Assembly (NCBI GenBank): GCA_041655695.1
Contig: JBBAEW010000003.1
Location: 7,677-71,676 of the forward strand
Source of the DNA: Saccharofermentanales bacterium
Lineage (GTDB): Bacteria; Bacillota; Clostridia; Saccharofermentanales; DTU023
Direction: 5' to 3'
Length of the DNA stretch: 64,000 nucleotides
Both the position numbers and the translations under genes were made by a program. This document shows positions 17,391 through 26,980 of the stretch, one piece after another. Every line of letters starts with the position of its first letter. Position 1 is the stretch's first letter. The notes beneath the pieces were generated by a model. It was not told where the DNA came from. It saw only the letters and a list, made by a program, of their open reading frames with translations, and did no database searches.

Positions 17391-19481
17391 TTACTCTACG
17401 ACCGGCGGCACGAAGAAACAGCCGTCGCGTTCATCAGGCGCATTCCTAAAGAGTTCCCCGTGCGACGGCGGACTGTCATCCGGTTCTGTCAGGAAGGCAT
17501 TGCGGGCCTCCGAAGGGGTGAAGAGGGGCTCGACTCCCTCAGTGTCGATAGCCTGCAGGGCGTCAGCCAGGCGGATCAGTTCGGTCAGCTGTCTTTGCGT
17601 TGCCTCTTCCTCAGGCGGTGACAGGGAAAGGCGGGATTGGGCCGCCAACTCTTTGAGATCGATGGCCAGGGCAGCCTTCCTCATCTTGTCCTCTTCCTGG
17701 GAGGAAGCGGGGCCCAGGCCCTCCATCAGGCAGATGCCCAAATCCTCCAGCTGAACCCGGTCAACGGGTGAGGGAGCCTCGGTCATGGGGTCCGAAGCGT
17801 CCCGGACCTTGGGGAAGGCAATGACGTCGCGCAGGGAAGGCCGGTCAGCCAGAAGCATGATCAGGCGGTCCAGGCCGAAGGCGAAGCCGCCGTGGGGGGG
17901 TGCGCCATAGGCGAAGGCGTTGAGGATGAAGCCGAAGCGCAGCTTGATTTCCTCGTCGGACAGACCCAGGGCTTTAAAGACCCGAGTCTGGATCTGGCTT
18001 TGATGAATCCGGATGCTGCCGGATCCAAGTTCCGTTCCGTTGAGCACTACGTCATAGGCAAGGGAACGGACCCTCTGGGGGTCGGATTCCATGAATTCGA
18101 GATCTTCCTCATAAGGCATGGTGAAGGGATGGTGCTGGGCTGTCAGCCGCCCCTCTTCTTCCGAGTACTCAAACATGGGGAAGTCGGTGACGATGGCAAA
18201 GGCGAACTGGCCGGGGCCTCGGAGGTCCAGCAAGTCGGCCAGCCGGAGGCGCAGGGCTCCCAGGACTTTCCGTGTCAGATCCAGGCTGCCGGCGGAGAAG
18301 AGGACAAAGTCACCAGGCTCTGCCTCAAGCCGCTCCAGAATCGCGGCCATGGCCTCCTGGCCCATGTATTTGGTCAAAATGGAATAAATCTCACCTGAAG
18401 GCCGCCAGGCGATCCAGGCCATGCCGGCCGCTCCCTGAGACTGGGCGAACTCGGTCAGATCCTCGATAGCAGTCCGTGAAAGGTCGGCCTGGCCGGGCAG
18501 GCGGATGGCGCGGATGACGCCGCCGTCCCCGGCGACCTTCTTGAAAACCGAGAAATCGGTTTGACCCGCAAGGTCCGTCACATCGACGATTGGAAGCCCA
18601 AAGCGCAGATCGGGCTTATCACTGCCGTAGCGGTCCATGGCTTCCTGCCAGGTGAAGCGGGGGAAGGGCCTCTCAACCTGGATCCCGTGGACATCCTTGA
18701 GCAGGGAAACGAAGAGATCTTCAAGAAGAATCAGGACATCCTCCCGGTCTACAAAGGACATCTCCAGGTCCAGCTGGGTAAACTCCGGCTGGCGATCGGC
18801 CCGCAGATCCTCGTCCCGGAAGCAGCGGGCAATCTGATAATAGCGGTCAAAACCCGAAACCATCAGAAGCTGCTTGAAGATTTGGGGTGACTGGGGCAGG
18901 GCGTAAAAAGAACCCGGGTGGACACGGCTTGGCACCAGGTAATCCCGGGCACCCTCGGGGGTGCTCTTGGTCAGGACTGGCGTCTCAATGTCAATAAAGC
19001 CCTGCCGGTCCATGAAATGGCGGATTGAGCTGACCACCCGGTGGCGGAAGCGGATGGTATCCCGGAGCTGGGGCCGCCGAAGATCCAGGAAACGGTAGCG
19101 CAGGCGCAGGTCTTCGCGGACGTCGTCGCTTTCGGAAGGGTCAAAGGGGAGCGGGGCACAGGGGGACAGGATTCTGGCTTCCTGGACACGCAACTCGATG
19201 GTTCCGGTTGCAATTTTGGGATTGACGGTTTCCTGGTCCCTCAGGTGGAGAGTTCCAGAGACCTGAACCACCGACTGGTTGCGGACCCGTTCTGCCAGAT
19301 CGAAGGATTCGGAAGCCGTGTATTCGGGGTTGAAAACGGTCTGCAGAAGACCTTCCCGGTCAGCCAGATCGATGAAGATCAGTCCCCCCATATCGCGCCG
19401 GGTGTCCACCCAGCCGCAGGCGGTGACCTGTCGGCCCACATCCTCCTGGGAGAATAAACCGCAATAGTTTGTCCGTTCCAT
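17391..19481 (-). CDS. aspS: aspartate--tRNA ligase fused in frame to GatC
   Basis: Residues 1 to about 585 are a complete bacterial AspRS (OB domain, [21 protein letters not shown] insert, [13 protein letters not shown]). The last 97 aa carry the GatC pattern (LS..EEE...L.....[10 protein letters not shown]......NAPD...G.F.VP.V). No stop separates the two parts. Confidence 0.9.
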   Translation of the reverse strand: MERTNYCGLFSQEDVGRQVTACGWVDTRRDMGGLIFIDLADREGLLQTVFNPEYTASESFDLAERVRNQSVVQVSGTLHLRDQETVNPKIATGTIELRVQEARILSPCAPLPFDPSESDDVREDLRLRYRFLDLRRPQLRDTIRFRHRVVSSIRHFMDRQGFIDIETPVLTKSTPEGARDYLVPSRVHPGSFYALPQSPQIFKQLLMVSGFDRYYQIARCFRDEDLRADRQPEFTQLDLEMSFVDREDVLILLEDLFVSLLKDVHGIQVERPFPRFTWQEAMDRYGSDKPDLRFGLPIVDVTDLAGQTDFSVFKKVAGDGGVIRAIRLPGQADLSRTAIEDLTEFAQSQGAAGMAWIAWRPSGEIYSILTKYMGQEAMAAILERLEAEPGDFVLFSAGSLDLTRKVLGALRLRLADLLDLRGPGQFAFAIVTDFPMFEYSEEEGRLTAQHHPFTMPYEEDLEFMESDPQRVRSLAYDVVLNGTELGSGSIRIHQSQIQTRVFKALGLSDEEIKLRFGFILNAFAYGAPPHGGFAFGLDRLIMLLADRPSLRDVIAFPKVRDASDPMTEAPSPVDRVQLEDLGICLMEGLGPASSQEEDKMRKAALAIDLKELAAQSRLSLSPPEEEATQRQLTELIRLADALQAIDTEGVEPLFTPSEARNAFLTEPDDSPPSHGELFRNAPDERDGCFFVPPVVE

Positions 19482-19680
19482 CTTACCTTCTCATTTCCAA
19501 TGGCATTTTGATGCAATTCCATGCGCACAAAAACAAGCCCGCTCTTGCGGCAAGTGCTTGTATTTTATCATACCGGGCCGGGCTCCCGAGGCCCCGCTCC
19601 AAGCCTTTATGATACACTCGAATCAGGCCGGAAAAGCAGCGGATGCCGGCTGGACCAGGTTGTCGGAGGGGCGGAATACC

Positions 19681-20571
19681 ATGGCGAAAGACGGGCTGAT
19701 CAGGAGCAATATCCACGATACAGCGCTTATCTTTGAGGGCGGCGGCATGCGCGCCTGCTATACCGCCGGTTTCGTGACCATGCTTCTGGAGCATGAACTC
19801 TACTTCAACTACGTTGCCGGTATTTCCGCCGGCGCCTCCCACGCGGTCAATTATCTGTCACGTGACCTTGTGCGGGCCCGGCGATCCTTTACGGATATAG
19901 TCCAGGATCCCTCCTTCGGTGATGTCACCTCCTGGCTCAAGGGGGAAGGCTATTTCAACGTCGATTACATCTACTCCAGGTCAGCCCGCGAGGACGGTGC
20001 CCTGCCCTTTGATTTTCAAACCTTTGCCGCCAACGAGGCCCAATGCGTTATCGGTGCTTTTCTGCGCTACGAGGGGCAGATGGTCTACTGGCACAAAGAG
20101 GACATGGGATCCATTGAAGCCCTGGGCCTTCGTGTCCGGGCCTCTTCATCCGTCCCCTATCTGATGCCCGAAACCGAGATTGACGGCAGGATCTATGTGG
20201 ATGGAGGTCTGGACGTGGGCATCCCCCTGGATATCGCCATCCGGGACGGCTACCAGCGTTTTGTCATTGTCCTGACCCGCGAACGGCATTTCCGTCTGGA
20301 CCCCCTGCCTCAATTCCGGATTGTCAACCGGGTCCTGGAGCGGCACCCGGTCGAAAAGGAAGCTCTTCTGACCCGGCATCTGCGCTATAACCAGACCCTG
20401 GAAAAAATCGAGGAGCTGGAAAAGCAGGGCCGGGCTTATGTCTTTTATCCGCAGGAAATCGATTTGTCCATGATGGACCGGGACCGGGAGAAGTTGCTCA
20501 GCCAGTATTTGGCCGGCCACGAGCAGGCCATCTGTGAACGGGCCGCTCTGAAAGCTTTCTTGGGGATCTGA
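19681..20571 (+). CDS. patatin-like phospholipase
   Basis: The oxyanion motif is FEGGGMRACY, the nucleophile elbow is GISAGA, and DGG lies near the C-terminus. I chose the ATG at 19681 (MAKDGL...). Confidence 0.85.
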   Translation: MAKDGLIRSNIHDTALIFEGGGMRACYTAGFVTMLLEHELYFNYVAGISAGASHAVNYLSRDLVRARRSFTDIVQDPSFGDVTSWLKGEGYFNVDYIYSRSAREDGALPFDFQTFAANEAQCVIGAFLRYEGQMVYWHKEDMGSIEALGLRVRASSSVPYLMPETEIDGRIYVDGGLDVGIPLDIAIRDGYQRFVIVLTRERHFRLDPLPQFRIVNRVLERHPVEKEALLTRHLRYNQTLEKIEELEKQGRAYVFYPQEIDLSMMDRDREKLLSQYLAGHEQAICERAALKAFLGI

Positions 20572-20574
20572 CTC

Positions 20575-21744
20575 ATGCGCTTCATCCACCTGGCTGATCT
20601 TCATCTGGGCAAACGGGTCCACGAGTTCAGCCTGATTGAAGATCAGAAGCACATGCTGGAATCGGTTCTGGATCTCTGCCGGACCAGCCGGGCGGATGCC
20701 CTGGTCATCGCGGGGGATGTCTACGACCGGACCATACCCTCCTTGGAGGCCATCCGCCTCCTGGAGACTTTTCTGATCGGCCTGACTGACCAGGGCTGCC
20801 AGGTGCTCATGGTGGCGGGCAATCACGATTCAGGTGAACGGCTGGCCTTCGGCCGTTCCTTTCTTTCAAGCCAGGGTGTTCATGTAGCCGGTGTCTTCGA
20901 GGGCCAGGTGGAGCAGGCCAATTTTGAGACTGCGGCGGGCCCCGTGACCTTCCATCTTCTTCCCTTTATCCGCCAGGCCGACGTCCGCCGTTTTTTCCCC
21001 GATCGGGAGATCAACAGCGTGGAGGAAGCTGTCCAGGCAGCTCTTTCAACGGTCAGGCGGGGGCCGGGCTGGAATATCCTGGTGGCCCATCAGTTTGTCA
21101 CGGCCCGGGGGGCAAGGCCTCTGCGGTCGGATTCGGAGGTCCTCCAGATTGGTCTGGCCGATGAAATCGATGCCTCCCTCTTTGATTCCTTTGATTACAC
21201 AGCCCTGGGCCATCTCCATGGCCGCCAGACGGTGGGCAGCGGCTCTGTCCATTACGCCGGATCACCCCTGGCCTACTCTTTTTCCGAGGTGGCCCAGGAA
21301 AAGGGCGCCCTGGTCGTTGACCTGACCCCGGAAAAGGAGATCAGGATCCGCCAGCAGCCCCTTGCCAGCCTCCACGCCATGCGGCGGGTCCGGGGCAGCA
21401 TGGAGGAACTGCTGGCAGAGGGGAATCAGCTCCTGGCAGGCGGTGATCCCGCGCGCCTGGACTATCTGGAGCTGACACTGACTGACCCCGGGGTGGTAAC
21501 GGATCCCATGAACCGGCTGAGAGCGGTCTATCCGAATGTCATGCGCCTGCTCTTTGACCGGAAGGAGACCGGGGAGGTCCAGGATACCCTGATTGAGGAT
21601 TCGGATTTCCGGTCCCTGGGACTCCTTGAGCTCTTTTCCCGTTTTTTTCAGGAGCAGACGGGGCGTCCGCTGACGCCGGACCAGGAGCGGATTGCCGGCA
21701 GGGCCGCTGCCAAGGCTCAGGGAGAGGAGGCAGGGACTTCGTGA
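20575..21744 (+). CDS. sbcD: exonuclease SbcCD, nuclease subunit D (Mre11-like)
   Basis: Calcineurin-like phosphoesterase motifs are present: MRFIHLADLHLGK, AGDVYD, GNHD and GHLH. Confidence 0.9.
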   Translation: MRFIHLADLHLGKRVHEFSLIEDQKHMLESVLDLCRTSRADALVIAGDVYDRTIPSLEAIRLLETFLIGLTDQGCQVLMVAGNHDSGERLAFGRSFLSSQGVHVAGVFEGQVEQANFETAAGPVTFHLLPFIRQADVRRFFPDREINSVEEAVQAALSTVRRGPGWNILVAHQFVTARGARPLRSDSEVLQIGLADEIDASLFDSFDYTALGHLHGRQTVGSGSVHYAGSPLAYSFSEVAQEKGALVVDLTPEKEIRIRQQPLASLHAMRRVRGSMEELLAEGNQLLAGGDPARLDYLELTLTDPGVVTDPMNRLRAVYPNVMRLLFDRKETGEVQDTLIEDSDFRSLGLLELFSRFFQEQTGRPLTPDQERIAGRAAAKAQGEEAGTS

Positions 21745-24700
21745 AACCTCTCCGCATCACCCTGTCTGCCTTCGGCCCCTACGCCAGCGAGACGGTCATT
21801 TCTTTTGAGGCGGTCCAAAGCGGCCTCTTCCTGATTGCCGGGGAGACCGGGTCCGGCAAGACCATCCTCTTCGACGCCCTCATGTTCGCCCTCTTCGATG
21901 ACACCAGCGGGACCTCGCGGGGCAACAGCTCCCTGCGCTCCGATTTTGCGGGGCCTGAGACTGAAACCTTCGTTGAGCTGACCTTTGAGCTGCGGTCCCT
22001 GCTCTATACGGTCCGCCGGTCCCCCCGCTACAGCCGGCCCAAACGATCAGGAACCGGGATGACCGAGCAGAACCCGGCCGTCTCCCTGACTCTGCCGGAC
22101 GGCCGCATCCTGTCGGCCAAAAGCGAGGTTGACCAGAAGATCCGGGAGCTGATCGGCCTGGACAAGGAGCAATTCCGCCAGGTGGTCATGATTGCCCAGG
22201 GGGCCTTTTTCGACCTGATCGAGACATCCAGCAAGGATCGGGCCGCCATCTATCGCAAACTTTTCAACACTACGCCCTACCGGGCCATGCAGGACCATCT
22301 GGCCGACCTTTACCGCAAGGCCAGGGAACAAAGCCGCATTCACAGCAGCAGGCTCATGCTGGACCTGCGGCGCTTTCCTTTGCCGGACTGGGCAGGGGAT
22401 CTGGAGGAGGGCCGTGAAAAGCTTCTGGACCAGGATGCTATCTGGCCCCTGGAGGCCTTTATTCCCAAGCTCCAGGACCTGGTCGACAGTCTGGAAAAAG
22501 AAGGCCGGGGCGCCGATGGCCGCCTGGCGGCCAGCCGCTTGCGCCTCAAGGAAGCCGAGGCGTCATTGGTCAGCCTGCAGAAGGGCAACCGCCTGCTGGA
22601 TCAACTGGACAGGGCGCTTGAGGAAGAGAAGAAACTTCTGGAGGGCCAGCCCCTCTATCTGGAGAAGGCGGGCCGTCTTGAGTCAGCCCAGGAGGCCATG
22701 CGAAAGGTCACCTTGCCCTTCCAAAACCGCGGGGCAGCCCGGGAGCGGCTGAAAGCGGCCAGGGCCTCCCGGCAGGATGCGGACCGGGCTCTCGGGGAGG
22801 CCCTGGCCGCCCAGAAGGAAGCCGACAGCTTGCTGGAGGAGGCAGCCGCAAGCCAGGAAATCCTGGAGGCCCTGCCCGCCCGCCTGGCCAGCCTGAAAAA
22901 AGAGCAGGAAGACACCCGCCTGAGGGCTCAGCTGGAGTCTTCACTGAAAGAAGAAGAAGAGAGGGCATCGGCACTGGCAGCGGGACTGGAGAAACTGGCC
23001 GGGCAGGCTCAGGAGCTGGAGGAGGCCCGGGCCAAAAGGACGGAAGCCCTTGAACTTCTATCCGATGCCCAGGAGCGCCTGGGTCAGGCCGAAAACCAGG
23101 TCAAAGAGGCCGGGGAGACCGTCAGACAGGTGGAGGATCTGGCCGCCGCGGCCGGCCGTCTTCTGGAGGAGGGAAGCCGGCTTGAGGGGGAGAGGGCCTT
23201 GCTGGAGGAGAATCTTACCAGCTGGCAAAAACTTGACGGGCAGGCCAAGGAAGCCTCCGAGCTGCTCTTTCGCGAGCGGGCCGGTCTCCTGGCCCAGGAG
23301 CTGGAGGAAGGGCAGGCCTGTCCGGTCTGCGGTTCTGTGGAGCACCCCCAAAAGGCTGTCCGTTCGCCGGAGGCTCCGACCAAGGAGGCGGTCGATCAGC
23401 TCATGCAGGAGGCGGAAGCCAGCCGGCAGGCCCTTGAGGAAGAAAGCAGACGCCTGGCGGTCTGCCGGAAAGGCCTGGATCTTGAAAGCAGAGAGGCCGG
23501 CCAGGCTGCCGGCAGGTACCTGGATGATCTGTCCGCCGTCAAGGCCTGGGACCGTGACTTTATGGAAGTGCTTGCCAGCCGTCTGTCCGTCCGCCTGGAA
23601 GAGGCGATCCTCCAGGAGATCCATGCCAAAGAACTGGCTGCCGGGGAGGCGGAGCGCCTGGCCCTGCGAAAGCAGCTGCTCCTCCAGGAGGAGGCTGATT
23701 TGAAAAAATCCCAGGATCTCCTGGGGCAAAGGGAAGATCTGGACAGGCAGAAGGCTGCCAGGCGCGAGGCCATTGCCCTTATCCGCGGTCAGCTGACCGG
23801 CCTGGGGCCGGCCGCTCATGATCGGGATGAGCAGGTTCTTGACCGGGAGCTTGAAGAGGCCAATCTTCTCCACCAGACACTCAAACAGGCCCTGGACCTG
23901 GCCCGGACCCGGGACAGGGAAGCCTCCCAGGCACTGGCCGCAGCTAAGGCCCGTCAATCCTCACTGGATTCACAGATCCTGACTCTGGAAGAGGAGCTGT
24001 CAGCTTTCGAGGAGGCTTTGACCTGTGCCCTGGCCCAGGCCTCTTTGGCGTCGGAAGACCATTACCTGGCTGTCCTGATCAGTGAGGAAGAACGGGCGGA
24101 GCTGACGGAGTGGATCCGTATTCAAGGGCAGGCCCGGGAGGCCAATAAGGCGGAGATCTTCCGACTGCGCCAGGAATGCCAGGGTCTGGTCCGGGGGGAC
24201 GAAGAAGATTTGGAGGCCGCCATAGGGGAACTTGCCGGGCAGGCAGTCCGGGATGAGGAAGAGGCCAGGGAGGGCGTGACCCGCTATGAAATAGCCCGCA
24301 AGGCCCTGGAAGCCATCCGGGGCTCCCTGGCTCTGGCTATCCAATCAGCGGATGAGGAGGACAGCCTGAAGGATCTGTCCGACCTGGCTTCCGGCCAACA
24401 CAGGGAAGCCGACCAGATCACCTTTGAAACCTATATCCAGACCTGGTATTTTGCTCAGGTTATCCGCCAGGCCAACCAGCGCCTGACGCAGATGACGGGC
24501 GGCCGTTACCGCCTGCGGCGGACCCAGGAGGCCAGAAGCCGCCAGGCCCGAACCGGCCTGGACCTGTCGGTTGAGGATCTGTGGAATGCCAAGGACCGGC
24601 CGGTATCCTCCCTGTCGGGCGGCGAGAAGTTCCAGACCGTCCTCTCCCTGGCCCTGGGCCTGTCTGATGTTGTCATGGCCCAGGCGGGGGGCGTGGAAAT

Positions 24701-24899
24701 CAACTCGCTTTTTATCGATGAAGGCTTCGGCAGCCTGGACGATCAATCGTTGGAAGAAGCCATGGGCGTCCTGCAGGATCTGGCGGCCGACAACCGCATG
24801 ATCGGCCTTATTTCACACCTGCCCCTGCTCAAACAGGCCATCGACCGCAAGCTCCTGGCAAAGAAGGGCGCAGGCGGGAGCAGCATCGGCTGGATTTAG
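21741..24899 (+). CDS. sbcC: exonuclease SbcCD, ATPase subunit C (Rad50-like)
   Basis: Walker A is GETGSGKT. A roughly 700-aa coiled coil carries the CPVCG zinc hook (nt 23319-23333). The signature LSGGE and Walker B LFIDEGFGSLD follow. Confidence 0.9.
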   Translation: MKPLRITLSAFGPYASETVISFEAVQSGLFLIAGETGSGKTILFDALMFALFDDTSGTSRGNSSLRSDFAGPETETFVELTFELRSLLYTVRRSPRYSRPKRSGTGMTEQNPAVSLTLPDGRILSAKSEVDQKIRELIGLDKEQFRQVVMIAQGAFFDLIETSSKDRAAIYRKLFNTTPYRAMQDHLADLYRKAREQSRIHSSRLMLDLRRFPLPDWAGDLEEGREKLLDQDAIWPLEAFIPKLQDLVDSLEKEGRGADGRLAASRLRLKEAEASLVSLQKGNRLLDQLDRALEEEKKLLEGQPLYLEKAGRLESAQEAMRKVTLPFQNRGAARERLKAARASRQDADRALGEALAAQKEADSLLEEAAASQEILEALPARLASLKKEQEDTRLRAQLESSLKEEEERASALAAGLEKLAGQAQELEEARAKRTEALELLSDAQERLGQAENQVKEAGETVRQVEDLAAAAGRLLEEGSRLEGERALLEENLTSWQKLDGQAKEASELLFRERAGLLAQELEEGQACPVCGSVEHPQKAVRSPEAPTKEAVDQLMQEAEASRQALEEESRRLAVCRKGLDLESREAGQAAGRYLDDLSAVKAWDRDFMEVLASRLSVRLEEAILQEIHAKELAAGEAERLALRKQLLLQEEADLKKSQDLLGQREDLDRQKAARREAIALIRGQLTGLGPAAHDRDEQVLDRELEEANLLHQTLKQALDLARTRDREASQALAAAKARQSSLDSQILTLEEELSAFEEALTCALAQASLASEDHYLAVLISEEERAELTEWIRIQGQAREANKAEIFRLRQECQGLVRGDEEDLEAAIGELAGQAVRDEEEAREGVTRYEIARKALEAIRGSLALAIQSADEEDSLKDLSDLASGQHREADQITFETYIQTWYFAQVIRQANQRLTQMTGGRYRLRRTQEARSRQARTGLDLSVEDLWNAKDRPVSSLSGGEKFQTVLSLALGLSDVVMAQAGGVEINSLFIDEGFGSLDDQSLEEAMGVLQDLAADNRMIGLISHLPLLKQAIDRKLLAKKGAGGSSIGWI

Positions 24900-25007
24900 A
24901 CATCCTGTCTGAAAAAGGACAGGTGAAAGCATGGTATAGTTGTTGAAGATAGAGGGAGGCCATGGTGCCCTCTCAAATCGTATTAACCTAATGTATAGGA
25001 GGGGTTC

Positions 25008-26081
25008 ATGTACAAGAAACTATTTATCCCGGGTCCGACCGACGTTGCGCCGGAAGTGCTGGAAAAGATGGCTGCGCCCATGATCGGGCACAGGACCAAG
25101 GAAGCGACGGCTCTGCAGCAGGGCATATCCGAGAAGCTGCAGCAACTGATGTATACCGACCAGACCATCCTGCTGTCCACTTCTTCGGGTACGGGCCTCA
25201 TGGAAGGCGCCATCCGGAGCTGCACCCGCAAGAAAGCCGCCGTTTTTTCCGTCGGTTCCTTCGGTGACCGCTGGTATGAGCTTGCCAAATACAACCAGGT
25301 GCCGGCCGATCACTTCAAATCGGAGCGGGGTAAGCCCACAACTCCCCAGATGGTGGAGGAGGCCTTGAAAACAGGCCAGTACGATGTCGTCACCGTAACC
25401 CATAATGAGACAAGTTCAGGCATCATGAACCCCTGCGCCGAAATCGGGGAAGTCATCCGCAAGTACCCTGATGTCCTTTACCTGGTCGATTCGGTCTCCT
25501 CATTGGGCGGCGCCAAAATTGAAGTGGATAAATGGGGCATCGACGTCTGCATCGCCTCCACTCAGAAGTGCCTGGCACTTCCCCCCGGACTCAGCCTCTG
25601 CTCCGTATCGGAAAAGGCCATTGAGGCCGCCCAGCAGGTTGAGTCCCGCGGTTATTACCTGGATCTGGTCCGCCTCTACAAGCGGGTAAAGAAGGATTTC
25701 CAATACCCCTCCACCCCTTCCCTGTCGCATATGTTCGCCCTGGATTACCAGCTGGACCGCATCCTTGAGGAAGGCCTGGACAACCGCTTCGACCGCCACC
25801 GCAAGCTGGCGGATCTGGTCCGTGCCTGGGCCCGGAAGCACTTCTCGCTCTTCGCCGATGAGGGCTACCAATCCAACACGGTGTCCTGCATCAACAATGA
25901 CGATGCCTTTGTATTCTCTGATCTGAGCAGCGCCCTCCTGGAGCGCGGTTTCAGGATCGGGAGCGGATACGGCGACTATAAGGCCACCACCTTCCGCATT
26001 GCCACCATGGGCGAGCTTCAGGAGGAAACCCTCCTGGAACTCCTGGCTCATATTGATGACATTCTTGGACTGGAGGCGTAA
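25008..26081 (+). CDS. class V aminotransferase (SerC-type phosphoserine / serine-glyoxylate aminotransferase family)
   Basis: FIPGPT at the N-terminus, NETSSG and the SxQK lysine block (ASTQKCL) are present. It lies next to serA. The RBS is AGGAGGGG. Confidence 0.8.
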   Translation: MYKKLFIPGPTDVAPEVLEKMAAPMIGHRTKEATALQQGISEKLQQLMYTDQTILLSTSSGTGLMEGAIRSCTRKKAAVFSVGSFGDRWYELAKYNQVPADHFKSERGKPTTPQMVEEALKTGQYDVVTVTHNETSSGIMNPCAEIGEVIRKYPDVLYLVDSVSSLGGAKIEVDKWGIDVCIASTQKCLALPPGLSLCSVSEKAIEAAQQVESRGYYLDLVRLYKRVKKDFQYPSTPSLSHMFALDYQLDRILEEGLDNRFDRHRKLADLVRAWARKHFSLFADEGYQSNTVSCINNDDAFVFSDLSSALLERGFRIGSGYGDYKATTFRIATMGELQEETLLELLAHIDDILGLEA

Positions 26082-26083
26082 AG

Positions 26084-26980
26084 ATGGCTCTGATTCTGGC
26101 CAATGACGGCATTGACAAGAAAGCTGAAGCCCAGCTGATTGAACTGGGCCATCAGGTGGATACAGGGAAATACGAAGGTGACGATCATCTCGGCCGGCTG
26201 GCGGAGGTTGATTGCGTCATCGTGCGGAGCGCCACCAAGATCCGCGACCCGCAAATCGACGCCGGAGCCGCCGGCAACCTCAAGCTGGTCATCCGCGGGG
26301 GTGTGGGAGTCGACAACATCAACGTCGACTACGCTGAGTCAAAAGGCATCATGGTCCGCAATACGCCGGCCGCCTCCAGCAGCGCCGTGGCCGAACTGGC
26401 ACTGGGCCACATGCTGACCATGGCCCGCCATATCGGTGAAGCCAATGTCACCATGCGCCAGGGCAAATGGCTCAAGAAAGAATATTCAGGGACAGAGATC
26501 GCCGGCAAGCGGCTGGGACTGATCGGCTTTGGCCGCATCGCCAATTCACTGGCTGTCAAATGTATGGCTCTGGGCATGGAGGTCATGTTCACCGACATCA
26601 TCCATATCGACTGTGATATCTGCCCCCAGGTTGAGCTGGACCGGGTGATCGCTGAATCCGACTATGTCTCCATTCACATTCCCTTTGGAGGCGGCGCCCC
26701 CCTGATCGGCAAGAAGGAATTCGACCAGATGAAGGACGGCGTTTTTATCATCAACTGCGCCCGCGGCGGCATCATTGATGAAGATGCCCTGGTTGACGCC
26801 ATCGAATCCGGCAAGGTCGGAGGAGCTGCCCTGGATGTCTTCCGCGAAGAGCCCACCCGCAACGAGCGCCTGCTCCAGTGCGACAAGATCTCCATGACCC
26901 CCCATATCGGGGCGGCAACAGCGGAGGCTCAGGCCCGCATCGGCGATAACATCGTTGATCTGGTAAAGGAGTTATTGTAA
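26084..26980 (+). CDS. serA: D-3-phosphoglycerate dehydrogenase, short form (D-2-hydroxyacid dehydrogenase family)
   Basis: GLIGFGRIA (NAD-binding site), NCARGG.IDE.AL and TPHIGA.T are present, and the gene sits in the serC-like context. Confidence 0.8.
   Translation: MALILANDGIDKKAEAQLIELGHQVDTGKYEGDDHLGRLAEVDCVIVRSATKIRDPQIDAGAAGNLKLVIRGGVGVDNINVDYAESKGIMVRNTPAASSSAVAELALGHMLTMARHIGEANVTMRQGKWLKKEYSGTEIAGKRLGLIGFGRIANSLAVKCMALGMEVMFTDIIHIDCDICPQVELDRVIAESDYVSIHIPFGGGAPLIGKKEFDQMKDGVFIINCARGGIIDEDALVDAIESGKVGGAALDVFREEPTRNERLLQCDKISMTPHIGAATAEAQARIGDNIVDLVKELL

Noticed and set aside
19482-19680. Expected a T-box leader upstream of aspS, as in some clostridial aspS-gatCAB operons.
   Set aside because: Reading the minus strand, I found no T-box sequence (AAnnnGGGTGGTACCGCG-like) or specifier-loop architecture. 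There is only a small hairpin plus U-run (acaagc...gcttgttttt, about 19531-19564) of unclear meaning.
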